The position numbers and the translations under genes were made by a program. Below are positions 1-9,527 of a DNA stretch of 41,960 nucleotides, piece by piece. The notes under the pieces are model-generated. The model worked only from the letters and a program-made list of their open reading frames with translations, searched no databases and had not been told where the DNA came from. Source of the stretch: Ferrimicrobium sp. (GTDB taxonomy: Bacteria > Actinomycetota > Acidimicrobiia > Acidimicrobiales > Acidimicrobiaceae); NCBI GenBank assembly GCA_027409005.1, contig DAHZQE010000372.1:1-41960 (forward strand), written 5' to 3'. Position 1 is the first letter of the stretch; every line of letters starts with the position of its first letter.

Positions 1-161
1 CCACCCACTCGACCGGTGAGATCTACCTTGTCGGTGATTACATCAGCCAAGCCAAGCTTGGAGGCAAGGGTGGAGACCAAGAGAAGTCCAGCATTGGCGA
101 CCAGATTCTCGTCGTCAAATGCAACCTCGATACCGTCTGGCGTGTGGTAAGATTGTGTCAC
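1..161 (-). CDS. IS1380-family transposase, N-terminal part (3' end outside window)
   Basis: Not in the ORF track. Hand translation from GTG at 161: MTQSYHTPDGIEVAFDDENLVANAGLLLVSTLASKLGLADVITDKVDLTGRVG, matching the actinobacterial IS1380 N-terminal pattern (FDD..lva.AGL...tLa..lGL). SD AAGGAG at about 172-177. Confidence 0.75.
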   Translation of the reverse strand, partial: MTQSYHTPDGIEVAFDDENLVANAGLLLVSTLASKLGLADVITDKVDLTGRVG

Positions 162-281
162 AGAAAGTGTTCTCCTTGGTTGGTCGTTTTGGCCGCTTTC
201 TAACTTCCATTCTACCAGCTCAGGGGGCACTTTCTTCAGTTTTGGGCGACCAATTCTCCGGGTGCGTCGGTGGTTCTAGGT
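1..281 (-). mobile_element. IS1380-family insertion sequence, left end (partial; continues beyond window start)
   Basis: Transposase N-terminus on the minus strand (1-161). Candidate terminal inverted repeat CCTAGAACCACCGA (minus strand, 267-280) is followed on the + strand by TTTAG/TTAG, a plausible target site. The other end is outside the window, so the IR and TSD cannot be confirmed. Confidence 0.7.
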
Positions 282-608
282 TTAGTTAGGGCCGTGTGAT
301 GAGTTCGAGGATTGACACATGCCACAGCTCACAGACACCCAACGTTGCCCGCGTTAGCTGCAGTGACATTCGGCGCTTAGCGATGATGCACGCCGACACT
401 CGTCAGCCCACAAATACCGGAGGCGACCTCTGAGTGAGGCGACATATTCGACGCTCACTTGCCAAGCTTGCGCCTACCAATTCTAGTTAGCCGACATTGT
501 TCATTGCGATCCTCAGTTCACTAGGCTAAGTCTCATGCCGTCGTCGCCAGTCACGGTGCAACCTGAGGATCGATCCCATCGCATCCGCATAACACATTGG
601 ACAAGGAT

Positions 609-1457
609 ATGAGAAGAGTAGTGATTGTCGCGATTGTACTCCTGCTCATTGCGGGCTCATCGCTCTATCTAATCACGCCACCAAAGGTGGTTACCTCACC
701 TCATCTCCACGATTTGACGATCCCAGCTGGTGATCCAAACTGGGAGAACGCTTGCACTTCCGCAACGCTTCCTGATACCTCCCCGACATGCATGACTGCT
801 GCGCTCTACGACCTAAACCTTGCCCACAAAGCGGAAAACTTGCCAACACTGACCCTCCCCAAGGGCTTTAACCGTCAGAGCCAAGCAAACCAGCTTCACT
901 ACCTCATCAACAATGAGAGGGCCATCCGGAACCTCCCAACTGTTACCAAACCCACTTCGCAACTCGAGGAACTTGCTCACCAGGCTGCCGTAGAGGCACG
1001 GGATCCAAGCATCCCACAGTCGATGGATGGGGGTTCCGACTGGGCGGGTAACTTTCCTAACGCAATCGTGGTGGTCTTCATGTGGATGTATGAAGATGGT
1101 TACCATTACACCAACGCAGGTGGGGGATCAAACCTCGACTGTCAATCCTCAAAGGCAGCTGGGTGTTGGGGCCATCGTGATGTTATTCTTGAGACATCCA
1201 CGAGCAATACTCGCTATGGGACCGCCTTTACCACCCAACTCGCACCCACACAAGCACTCAAGTACGCGGACTCCTACACCCTGATCCTTGCTGGCCCACC
1301 TTCGCCGTTTGCAGTAGGCAACACTCGCCCACTGGCACGTAGCATTGCTATCATCGCCGTGGTCATGATCCTCGCATCGACTCTCTCGTGGCTGAATCGT
1401 CGAAGACGGCGCCGCACGAGGCCGAACATGGATCCTCTTTGGCCAAATCCATCCTGA
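609..1457 (+). CDS. Secreted, membrane-anchored CAP/SCP-like domain protein
   Basis: N-terminal signal or TM segment; LINNERAIRNLP and CWGHRDVIL match CAP-domain N..R...gL and GHR.niL motifs; C-terminal TM followed by a poly-Arg tail. ATG at 609 after AAGGA is preferred over TTG at 597. Confidence 0.7.
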   Translation: MRRVVIVAIVLLLIAGSSLYLITPPKVVTSPHLHDLTIPAGDPNWENACTSATLPDTSPTCMTAALYDLNLAHKAENLPTLTLPKGFNRQSQANQLHYLINNERAIRNLPTVTKPTSQLEELAHQAAVEARDPSIPQSMDGGSDWAGNFPNAIVVVFMWMYEDGYHYTNAGGGSNLDCQSSKAAGCWGHRDVILETSTSNTRYGTAFTTQLAPTQALKYADSYTLILAGPPSPFAVGNTRPLARSIAIIAVVMILASTLSWLNRRRRRRTRPNMDPLWPNPS

Positions 1458-1535
1458 CTTTGGCGAACGCTGCGAACCTTGGCAGCATGGAATCCGACGA
1501 CCGACTGCGCTGTCGTGATAACGGATCTGGAGGAC

Positions 1536-2165
1536 CTAGGTCTTGGGATCTTTGACAAAACGCAAGTATGGCTTCGTTTCACGGAACCCATCGAAGCGTC
1601 GGCTCGCCTCATCATCACTCACAGAGTTAACGACGATCACCTCTTCGCCTTGCTGCCAATTGACCGGAGTTGCAACCGGAAACTCATCCGTCAACTGTAG
1701 CGCATCCAATACTCGAAGAATCTCCACAAAATTGCGACCAACTGACGCTGGATAGGTCATCTCAAGCCGTAATCGTTTCGCTGGGTCTATTACAAACACT
1801 GAACGGACAGTCAGCGTGTCTGAAGCATTGGAGTGAATCATGCCGTATAGGTTTGCCACCCTCCGGTCGGCATCACCAATCATAGGAAAGTTCACCGAAT
1901 ACCCGCGAATCTCCGCGATGTCTGACTCCCACCTCAAGTGGCTACCCACATCATCGACAGAAAGTCCAATAACCTTGGTCGAACGTCGTTCGAACTCCGG
2001 TAGCAGCCTTGCAACCTCCCCAAGCTCGGTCGTGCACACAGGAGTGAAGTCTTTTGGGTGCGAGAACAGAATGCCCCACGAGTCAGCCAACCATGCGTGG
2101 AACTGAAGTTTTCCCTGCGTCGTGTCCGCCTCGAAATCAGGAACTAAGTCGCCTAACTGAACCAT
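1536..2165 (-). CDS. 1-Cys peroxiredoxin (Prx6 subfamily)
   Basis: FSHPKDFTPVCTTE peroxidatic motif; YPASVGRNF and ATPVNW C-terminal motifs. Confidence 0.95.
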   Translation of the reverse strand: MVQLGDLVPDFEADTTQGKLQFHAWLADSWGILFSHPKDFTPVCTTELGEVARLLPEFERRSTKVIGLSVDDVGSHLRWESDIAEIRGYSVNFPMIGDADRRVANLYGMIHSNASDTLTVRSVFVIDPAKRLRLEMTYPASVGRNFVEILRVLDALQLTDEFPVATPVNWQQGEEVIVVNSVSDDEASRRFDGFRETKPYLRFVKDPKT

Positions 2166-2326
2166 AAAGCTGCCATCTCCTCGCGCACTCTTCTCTATCT
2201 CCTAAAACGTATGTTCACTCTATCTAGGTTGACGCTAGTACACGTGGCCAAAGTAACGTCCAGGCAGCTCGCTTGGTAGCTTGCAATAGAGGCTGGAGTC
2301 GGTTGCTTGAGGGCAGTTGTCTTAGT

Positions 2327-2929
2327 TCAACGCCCATGTGCGAAGGCCAGAACACCCGAAGCTGCCAACTGGACAGCTATGGCAGCCAACAGCAGACCAA
2401 AAACTCGAGATAAAAGCTCGATGCCCCCATCGCGTAACAACCTGCTGAGATGAACCGAAGACCTGAGTACCACAAGCAGAACCAGCATCACTATGAAGAT
2501 CACCAGTGCAAGACCAATAGCGTTGGCTACGGTATGTACCTCCCCAGCAAACACCAGAACTGTTGCGATTGCGCCAGGCCCTGCGATCAAAGGAGTGGCG
2601 AGTGGAACAAGTGCGACATTCACCTTTGGTTGCGTGGTCAACTCCGCCTGCTTGCCGGTCAAGAGCTGAAGAGCAACGATAAGCAACAGAAGTCCTCCAG
2701 AGACCTGCAAGGCAGGCAAAGACAGTCCCAGGTACCCGAGGATCTCTCGACCGAATCCAGCGAATATTCCCAAGACGACGGTAGCGACCAAGACTGCATC
2801 CAAGGCAAGGCGCTGTCGTGCCTTGACCCCCTTTCCCTGCGTGACCACCAAAAACGTCGGCACATTCCCGATTGGATCAATGATCACTATCAGGGTAACG
2901 AAACTCTCTATTAGGAATTTTGTATCCAT
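2327..2929 (-). CDS. MarC-family integral membrane protein
   Basis: IIDPIGNVP and VPLATPLIAGPGAIAT signatures; about six TM segments. Confidence 0.92.
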   Translation of the reverse strand: MDTKFLIESFVTLIVIIDPIGNVPTFLVVTQGKGVKARQRLALDAVLVATVVLGIFAGFGREILGYLGLSLPALQVSGGLLLLIVALQLLTGKQAELTTQPKVNVALVPLATPLIAGPGAIATVLVFAGEVHTVANAIGLALVIFIVMLVLLVVLRSSVHLSRLLRDGGIELLSRVFGLLLAAIAVQLAASGVLAFAHGR

Positions 2930-3134
2930 AACCTTGCTGCCTCATCAGCTCATGCAAACTAAGTTGGCCCCCGAGCCCTACCTGAGAGAACGCCAATCTC
3001 GCTCCGACAAGAATCGACAACCATTCGCGTGCAAGCGAACTATACTCTACTCACACTCGCTATAAAGGCGAGGTTACTCTAGCGCCAGCCAGAGTTAGGT
3101 CAGCATAGCTCAAAACCACAGTGGGAGGTGCCGA

Positions 3135-4784
3135 TTGGCGAGCGCCAGGCATACGAGGCCGAAGGGCACTCACCATGGACGCAAAGCGGTAGCCGTCACT
3201 GGCGGCGTCGTGGGCGGTTTGCTCATAGCCGCTGGTGTTGTAATAGCTATGAACTGGCCAAAAGCGTCACTCTCTGCGTCTTATGCTTCGCTAGGCAAGC
3301 TGACTACGTCAGGAGTGCACGAGGTTATTCTCAGTGTTGCCGGAGATGCCAACAACAAACCTATACAGGTCGAACTCAAAAACGGACAGCTCCTCCCGAC
3401 CAAGAATCTCCCGACCGGAGTGACCACAAAGGTCACTGTAACTTTGCAGCGGCCCACATGGATTGCCTGGTTGGCCGGCAAGACTCAGACACTCACACTA
3501 CAGAGTGCAACACCGCGGGCAAAGCTGCTCGACCCGGTTGCGATAGCATCATCTGGACAATCAGTACAATCTGATTTCTCTAATCCAGTGAGCGTCGTCT
3601 CATACTCGTACCGCTCTACAACTAGGTACCTTAAACTGGGCAAAGCCAGCACTCATGTCGACATACCTGGCTCATCAAATACTGCAGCTGGATCGCTCAA
3701 AGTAGCTGCCGCCCCTGACCCTTGGGAGACGCTACCGGCGGCATCGAACATGGTTTTCTTCCGGCAGAGCGGCTCTACGCCTGAGGCTGTAATCAGCCCA
3801 GACCTCACCAGTCTTGCACCTAAATCAACCATCACGATGACTTTCTCTCAACCAGTTGCCAAACTCTTCGGAGGCAAACTCCCCACCATCGACCCGGTTA
3901 TTCAAGGAGCCAATCCAGTCAAGGGCAGTTGGCATGAACCCACACAGTACACCCTTACCTTTACGCCCACCACAGGGGACTTTTGGCCGTCAGAGAACTT
4001 CACCCTTACAACACCCGTTCCGATAGCGGTTGTAAGCCCAACTGGCGCTCTGGGAGTGACGGGAACCACCATTTCCATGAGCGGTGCTCCGATGCCAATG
4101 CTACGTCTGCAGCAACTGCTGGCACAGCTCAACTACCTGCCGGTGTCATTCAACTCGACCTCCTCTGTTGCCAACACCGAATCCGCACAATTAGCCGCGA
4201 TGCAGACACCACCGCAGGGGACATTCGCCTGGCGATGGACGATGCCGACGCAGCTCACCTCGCTGTGGAGTCCCGGCAACTCCAACGTGATCACCAATGG
4301 TGCGGTTATGGCCTTTGAGGACTTCAACGGGCTTGGCTACAACAATCCGTTGAGTAATCCGCTATTATGGCCAACCCTGATCAACGACGTCATCGCTCAT
4401 AAGGTTGATCCCCATCCTTATGCATGGATACAGGTGCAAAAAGCACTCCCCGAGACTCTAAACCTATGGGTTAACGGCAGCGTAGTGCTGACCAGCCCAA
4501 CCAACACCGGCATAGCTGGCCTAGCTACCACCAATGGCACATTCCCAATCTACCTACGCTTCAAGCAAGACTATATGAGTGGCACCAACCCAAATGGAAC
4601 CCACTATCACGATCTAGTGCACTGGATCAATTATTTTCTCGGCTCAGAAGCCGTCCATGGCTTCGTTCGGGCTAGCTACGGCTTCCCTCAAAGCTTGGGC
4701 TGTGTGGAGCTGCCGGTATCCACCGCCGCAGTCGTATATCCACAGGTCCATATCGGCACACTCGTCACCGTACTACCGAGTTAA
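3135..4784 (+). CDS. L,D-transpeptidase (C-terminal YkuD domain) with N-terminal anchor and Ig-like region
   Basis: AVHG...SLGCVEL catalytic His/Cys motif; TTNGTFPIY and IGTLVTV YkuD strands; N-terminal TM; SD GGAGG before the TTG start. Confidence 0.85.
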   Translation: MASARHTRPKGTHHGRKAVAVTGGVVGGLLIAAGVVIAMNWPKASLSASYASLGKLTTSGVHEVILSVAGDANNKPIQVELKNGQLLPTKNLPTGVTTKVTVTLQRPTWIAWLAGKTQTLTLQSATPRAKLLDPVAIASSGQSVQSDFSNPVSVVSYSYRSTTRYLKLGKASTHVDIPGSSNTAAGSLKVAAAPDPWETLPAASNMVFFRQSGSTPEAVISPDLTSLAPKSTITMTFSQPVAKLFGGKLPTIDPVIQGANPVKGSWHEPTQYTLTFTPTTGDFWPSENFTLTTPVPIAVVSPTGALGVTGTTISMSGAPMPMLRLQQLLAQLNYLPVSFNSTSSVANTESAQLAAMQTPPQGTFAWRWTMPTQLTSLWSPGNSNVITNGAVMAFEDFNGLGYNNPLSNPLLWPTLINDVIAHKVDPHPYAWIQVQKALPETLNLWVNGSVVLTSPTNTGIAGLATTNGTFPIYLRFKQDYMSGTNPNGTHYHDLVHWINYFLGSEAVHGFVRASYGFPQSLGCVELPVSTAAVVYPQVHIGTLVTVLPS

Positions 4785-4861
4785 CGGCCACACTAGCCAT
4801 AGCAACGCATCGACCATGTCCTGCTCCTCAAGGGCCAGACGAACCGCGCCGATAGTTGAGC

Positions 4862-5848
4862 ATGCCTAGGGGACATGTCACATCAGTTGTCCGACCCTTC
4901 ATTCGTGCCGATCAAGATACGCTCCTCGGCCTGCTCAGTGTCGGCGGTTCAATCGCCTGCTCCCTAGCTGCGCTCTCGCCAATGAGTGTACACGCACCAG
5001 TTGGACTCAATTTAAGCATTGGCGTCACCAACGCTCTCCTCGGAATCGCAATTTTGCGATGGAGACTTGGGTCGCGATCCTTGTTCCAAGTCTCGATCCT
5101 ATTCTTTATGGTGTTTGAGCTCTCGGTGCTGATAACGGCGACTCATACGCAGATCGGTCTCGCTACCGACCTGGTCGCCCTGCCCTGGATAGCTGTATAT
5201 GCAGCATGCTTCGCGACAGCGCGGTCATTTTTTACGCTTGCGACGGTTATGACGGTTGCCGTTATCACAGCCACCGCTCTTTCGTCGGTTTCTGACCCTT
5301 GGTTCACAACAATTCGTATCCTCCTGATAACTTGGTGCGCAAGCGTAGCCCTCCACATTTTCATAGTTGCGCTCCGACGTCGAGCGGAGACAGATGGTCT
5401 TACCCAGATACTGAATCGAAATGGGTTTTTTCGCATGGCCGTAGCGACAGGAGTTCAGCGTAGCATCCAGTCCACCTTCGTCGTCCTGCTAGATCTCGAT
5501 GGCTTCAAAACCATCAATGACCAACATGGACACATAGAAGGAGATGAGATTCTACGACAAACTGCCAAGATCCTCAAGCAACACCTCCCTACGAAGACGA
5601 TTCTCGCTCGCATAGGAGGTGACGAGTTCGCTATAGTCGCTGTCGCAACGGAGAGCGAGGTCCTACTCAAACAGCTCCAGCGACTGCAGTCAGCCACTCC
5701 GTGTACATTCTCATTTGGCCTCGTTCCTTGGACCGACTCCTCTAGTCTCGACGAAGCCATGGTGTTGGCCGACGAGGCACTCTACATTGACAAGCGAAAC
5801 CATCGGAGTCGATTTGGGGAGTCAGCTACAGAGTGTCAACCCGAATAA
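4862..5848 (+). CDS. Membrane-bound diguanylate cyclase (GGDEF)
   Basis: Multi-TM N-terminus; DGLTQILNR, DLDGFKTINDQHGHIEGD and ARIGGDEF motifs; no RxxD I-site. Start uncertain (TTG 4856 or ATG 4862). Confidence 0.9.
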   Translation: MPRGHVTSVVRPFIRADQDTLLGLLSVGGSIACSLAALSPMSVHAPVGLNLSIGVTNALLGIAILRWRLGSRSLFQVSILFFMVFELSVLITATHTQIGLATDLVALPWIAVYAACFATARSFFTLATVMTVAVITATALSSVSDPWFTTIRILLITWCASVALHIFIVALRRRAETDGLTQILNRNGFFRMAVATGVQRSIQSTFVVLLDLDGFKTINDQHGHIEGDEILRQTAKILKQHLPTKTILARIGGDEFAIVAVATESEVLLKQLQRLQSATPCTFSFGLVPWTDSSSLDEAMVLADEALYIDKRNHRSRFGESATECQPE

Positions 5849-5885
5849 CGACGCCGTTCTCCGTCCAGCAATGCCAATGATCAAG

Positions 5886-5894
5886 TGCTACGGT
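5886..5894 (+). promoter_or_regulatory. Extended -10 element (TGcTACGGT) of a probable leaderless transcript
   Basis: TGn+TANNNT ends 7 nt before the ATG at 5902. Confidence 0.55.
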
Positions 5895-5901
5895 AGTAGG
5901 T

Positions 5902-7284
5902 ATGACAAGCTCTACGAGGCCCTCACTTAAACGAGACCTGAGCTCGATCGTTGGGGGTGACCACACCCTCGTAGGAACCATTCCCGAAGCCTATACCCAC
6001 GACGAAGCACTTGAGCTCGATCCGGTGGAGCCAATGGCGGTAGTCTATCCGACATCTAGCCATCACGTCGGTGAGCTAATCAAATACGCCAACGCCAACC
6101 TACTCCCGTTGGTTCCCCGCGGATCAGGGACAGGGTTGTCGGGAGGAGCAAGGCCGGTAGATAACGGAGTTGTCTGCTCCTTTGAAAAAATGAATCGGAT
6201 CCTCGCCATTGACACCATCGATCAGACTGCTATGGTTGAACCTGGAGTCACTCTTGACCAACTTGAACAGGCATTAACAGATACTCCCTACTTCTACCCG
6301 GTCTACCCAGGTGAGATGTCGGCATCACTGGGCGGCAATGTCGCCACTAATGCCGGCGGAATGCGCGCAATGAAGTATGGAGTAACAAGGCACAATGTGC
6401 TGGGGCTCGAGTTCATCACTGGATCCGGTGTGCGAAGTCGATCCGGGGGAGCCTACGTGAAGACGAGCTCGGGTTACGATTTAACCCAACTAATCGTGGG
6501 ATCCGAGGGCACCTTAGCACTAGTCACCCGAGTGCTCCTGCGCCTCAGCCCACGAGCTCACTATCGTACCCTCGTCTTGGCTAGCTTTGGCAAGTTTGAG
6601 GACATCGCTGTCGCCGTTGACTCCATATCCCGCAGAAGCTTGCTGCCAAGCATCCTCGAATACATGGAGGCATCGGGGCTGCGTGCCATGGCCGAACACG
6701 CCGGAATCAACCTAGGCGTCACTGCTGAGGTCTCATCTTCCACGGCGGCGTACCTGATGGTGGAGCTGGAAGCGATGAATTACGATGACCTCGAGTGGCA
6801 GACCAATCTTCTGGTTGAGGTGCTAACAGGTCACAACTCTACCGAACAGTATGTACTCGATGAGACACAACGCCGAGGACTGATCAGTGCACGTGAATCA
6901 GCATTCTGGACGGTGAAAAAGCTAGGTGCCAACGTGATCCTTGATACCGTGGTGCCACGTTCGAAGTTGACTGAGCTTTTTAAAGGTGCAGCTGCCTGTG
7001 CTCGCGAGAGGAACGCGGTGTTGGTTGGAACTGGCCATGTCGGTGATGGCAACGTCCATCTATCACTCTTTCAATCCGATCCAATCGAGTGCCACGCGAC
7101 AGCTAATGCGATCATCGAACTCGCCCAAGAGCTTGGCGGGACAATCTCAGGTGAGCATGGCATAGGACTCGCCAAACGCAGCTATCTGCTCGAACATGAA
7201 GACCCTGCGCGCCTCTCGCTCATGAACTCAATCAAGTCAATCTTCGATCCACTCAACGTCCTCAACCCTGGAAAGCTGCTATGA
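5902..7284 (+). CDS. FAD-linked 2-hydroxy-acid oxidase/dehydrogenase (GlcD / D-lactate dehydrogenase family)
   Basis: PRGSGTGLSGG, GGNVATNAGG, GSEGTL, GHVGDGNVH, SGEHGIG and FDPLNVLNPGK motifs. Confidence 0.92.
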   Translation: MTSSTRPSLKRDLSSIVGGDHTLVGTIPEAYTHDEALELDPVEPMAVVYPTSSHHVGELIKYANANLLPLVPRGSGTGLSGGARPVDNGVVCSFEKMNRILAIDTIDQTAMVEPGVTLDQLEQALTDTPYFYPVYPGEMSASLGGNVATNAGGMRAMKYGVTRHNVLGLEFITGSGVRSRSGGAYVKTSSGYDLTQLIVGSEGTLALVTRVLLRLSPRAHYRTLVLASFGKFEDIAVAVDSISRRSLLPSILEYMEASGLRAMAEHAGINLGVTAEVSSSTAAYLMVELEAMNYDDLEWQTNLLVEVLTGHNSTEQYVLDETQRRGLISARESAFWTVKKLGANVILDTVVPRSKLTELFKGAAACARERNAVLVGTGHVGDGNVHLSLFQSDPIECHATANAIIELAQELGGTISGEHGIGLAKRSYLLEHEDPARLSLMNSIKSIFDPLNVLNPGKLL

Positions 7285-8840
7285 CTACCGGAGCCCAACA
7301 CATCCTCACAGGTCTTTCCGACGCAGGCATCGAGCTTATCTTTACCAACCCTGGAACCACCGAAATCTACTTCGTTGACGCCCTTGGAAAGGTTCCTATC
7401 CCTCGCCCGGTGCTTACACTTACGGAGGCGGTCGCTGCCGGCGCTGCCGATGGTGCGGCGCGAATTGGCGGCCAGCCCACGGCCTTACTCCTCCACCTCG
7501 GACCCGGGCTAGCCAACGCTATCGCCTACTTACATAATGCGAAACGTGCTCACTCCCCGATCGTCGTAGTCGTTGGTGACCATAGCCAGGGAGTAGCCAA
7601 TCAAGACCCTCCTCTCGCCTCCGACATCGACAGCCTCGCCCACACCTTCTCTAAGGCGGTGATCCACGTAACCCAGCACGAACATCCTCGACATAGTGCG
7701 GCCCGCGCAGGCTACATAGCCGTAGATGCAACGCCAGGGATTGTCACCCTAATCGTGCCGAGCGACCTCTCGTGGAGCGAGACTAACGACATCCCGCGGC
7801 TACAGCGACCCCCTAGAACACCTCTAAACACCCCAGAATCTACGCTAGAGCGTGCGTCAGCAGCACTCATCGAACCCGATGGAACTGCCGTCATCGTCGG
7901 TGGCGACCTCCTGCGAACCGAGGGACAAGAGACTCTTGAACGCCTAACCCGGTGTCAGAACCTCACCGTCTGGGCAAACACCTTTCCTGCTCGCATGGAT
8001 CGTGGCTATGGCAGACCGCGTGTGCGGCGTCTCCCCTACCTGCCAGAGATGGCCATCGCCGCCTTGGAGAACACGCGCAGGGTAGTCATCGCCGGAGGTG
8101 CTAACCCAGTCCCGTTCTTTGGTTATCCCCACCTTCCTGACCGTCTGGTAACAGAGGAGTGCGAGATCATAACGCTCACCTCTGATCCAAGTGCCGCAAC
8201 TAGTTCCATCGCCGCCTTGGTGCCGAACGCGGAGGAACTCACATTATTGGGCTCAACCCATATAGAACCAGCAACTAAAGACGACGATAACGCCGCACTC
8301 AACCCTGCTAACTTTGCCTCAGTGGTTGCTGAACTACTTCCAGCTGATACCATCGTGGTCGACGAGAGCAACACGCTTGGACTAAACCTCGAGGAGGCGA
8401 CCGCTAATGCAGCCGCACACACTTGGCTTCCCGCACTCACCGGTGGCGCGATCGGTCACGGGCTTGGTATGGCGATTGGAGCAGCCCTCGCAGCTCCAGA
8501 ACGGCGCGTGCTCGCCTTGATCGCCGACGGGTCCTCACTATATACACCACAAGCTCTCTGGACCCACGCCTCCGAAACCCTCAACATCACAACCGTAATC
8601 CTCAGCAATCGAAGCTACGGAATTCTCAACTTCGAACTCCACCGCCTCGGGTCAGAGGCTGAGACTGAGGGTGCCAAGCGCCTTCTTTCGCTTAGTCCTC
8701 CATCGATCGATCACATCCGCCTGGCAACCGGGTTCGGCGTTCCAGCAGCCAGGGCAAGTACGGTCGGCGAACTGATAGACGCGCTCACCTCTGCATGGCT
8801 CTCAAGAGGCCCATCGTTGATCGAAGCCGAATTCTTCTAG
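7281..8840 (+). CDS. Thiamine-diphosphate-dependent enzyme (acetolactate synthase-like / benzoylformate decarboxylase-like family)
   Basis: FTNPGTTE, conserved Glu in EAVAAGAADG, LHLGPGLAN, ThDP motif ADGS...NRSYG; ATGA overlap with the upstream oxidase. Confidence 0.88.
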   Translation: MTTGAQHILTGLSDAGIELIFTNPGTTEIYFVDALGKVPIPRPVLTLTEAVAAGAADGAARIGGQPTALLLHLGPGLANAIAYLHNAKRAHSPIVVVVGDHSQGVANQDPPLASDIDSLAHTFSKAVIHVTQHEHPRHSAARAGYIAVDATPGIVTLIVPSDLSWSETNDIPRLQRPPRTPLNTPESTLERASAALIEPDGTAVIVGGDLLRTEGQETLERLTRCQNLTVWANTFPARMDRGYGRPRVRRLPYLPEMAIAALENTRRVVIAGGANPVPFFGYPHLPDRLVTEECEIITLTSDPSAATSSIAALVPNAEELTLLGSTHIEPATKDDDNAALNPANFASVVAELLPADTIVVDESNTLGLNLEEATANAAAHTWLPALTGGAIGHGLGMAIGAALAAPERRVLALIADGSSLYTPQALWTHASETLNITTVILSNRSYGILNFELHRLGSEAETEGAKRLLSLSPPSIDHIRLATGFGVPAARASTVGELIDALTSAWLSRGPSLIEAEFF

Positions 8841-9527
8841 GAGCGCAAGCAATGAGTGACAAAGTGCGCCGATGAGTTCGTCCTACATCTCAAAATCACG
8901 AGGAGCTATGCCAGAGGCGAGAGCGCTATTCATAGTCACAATCCCCTGCTAGCTGCGACGGCCCAGCCTGTCGGTCAACTGTTAGGTGCCAATACCCTTC
9001 TCTGCTTGCTGGGCTAGCTCGATCACCTCGCGTGTCGAGGCTGCGATGCAATGGCTATGGTTAGCCGCTCTTTGGGTATCCATACAACCGTTGGATACTC
9101 CTGGTCGGTTCGACTCTACACGGCGCTCGAATGCAGGGGCGCGCTTCACTCGCGCTATCACGCAGCCAGATAGCTCGAGAACAGTATCTGGGCACTGTTT
9201 ACATGCAAATAGCCGCTTTCGGTCGAAGACGGCTGTACACCGCCATGGCCACCTTCAACACGAGTGCCGATACCTGAGGCAGTTCAGTGTAAGGCCTCTT
9301 TGACAACACACTCACAATATGAATGGACAACAACTAGTAGGATGTCGAACAGGAGGTATCTGCCAAGAGACGATGGGTTGAGAAGTTCACGACCGATCAA
9401 TCTCTTACATCCAGGGTAGGCAAAACAGTGTTTTGATCGCGGTGTGTTTGCGAGTTGAACGATTACCCCGCCGGAATTCAACAGACATAGCAGCTTTGTG
9501 TGATCTAAGGAAGGCAAGGAGTATATC

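Noticed and set aside
286-305. Second IS end (TTAGGGCCGTGTGATGAG, IS5-like)
   Set aside because: No matching inverted repeat or transposase was found in the window.
1979-1993. LexA/SOS box-like TCGAAC-GTC-GTTCGA
   Set aside because: The spacer is 3 nt rather than 4 and the site lies inside the peroxiredoxin CDS. The similar sites at 30373-30387 (N3) and 34139-34187 (far apart) also have the wrong spacing.
9414-9470. c-di-GMP-I riboswitch suggested by GGCAAAAC upstream of the PRC gene
   Set aside because: Lacks the GNRA-capped P2 and the following GACGCAAAGC/P3 elements; only a short CAAAAC/GTTTTG hairpin is present.
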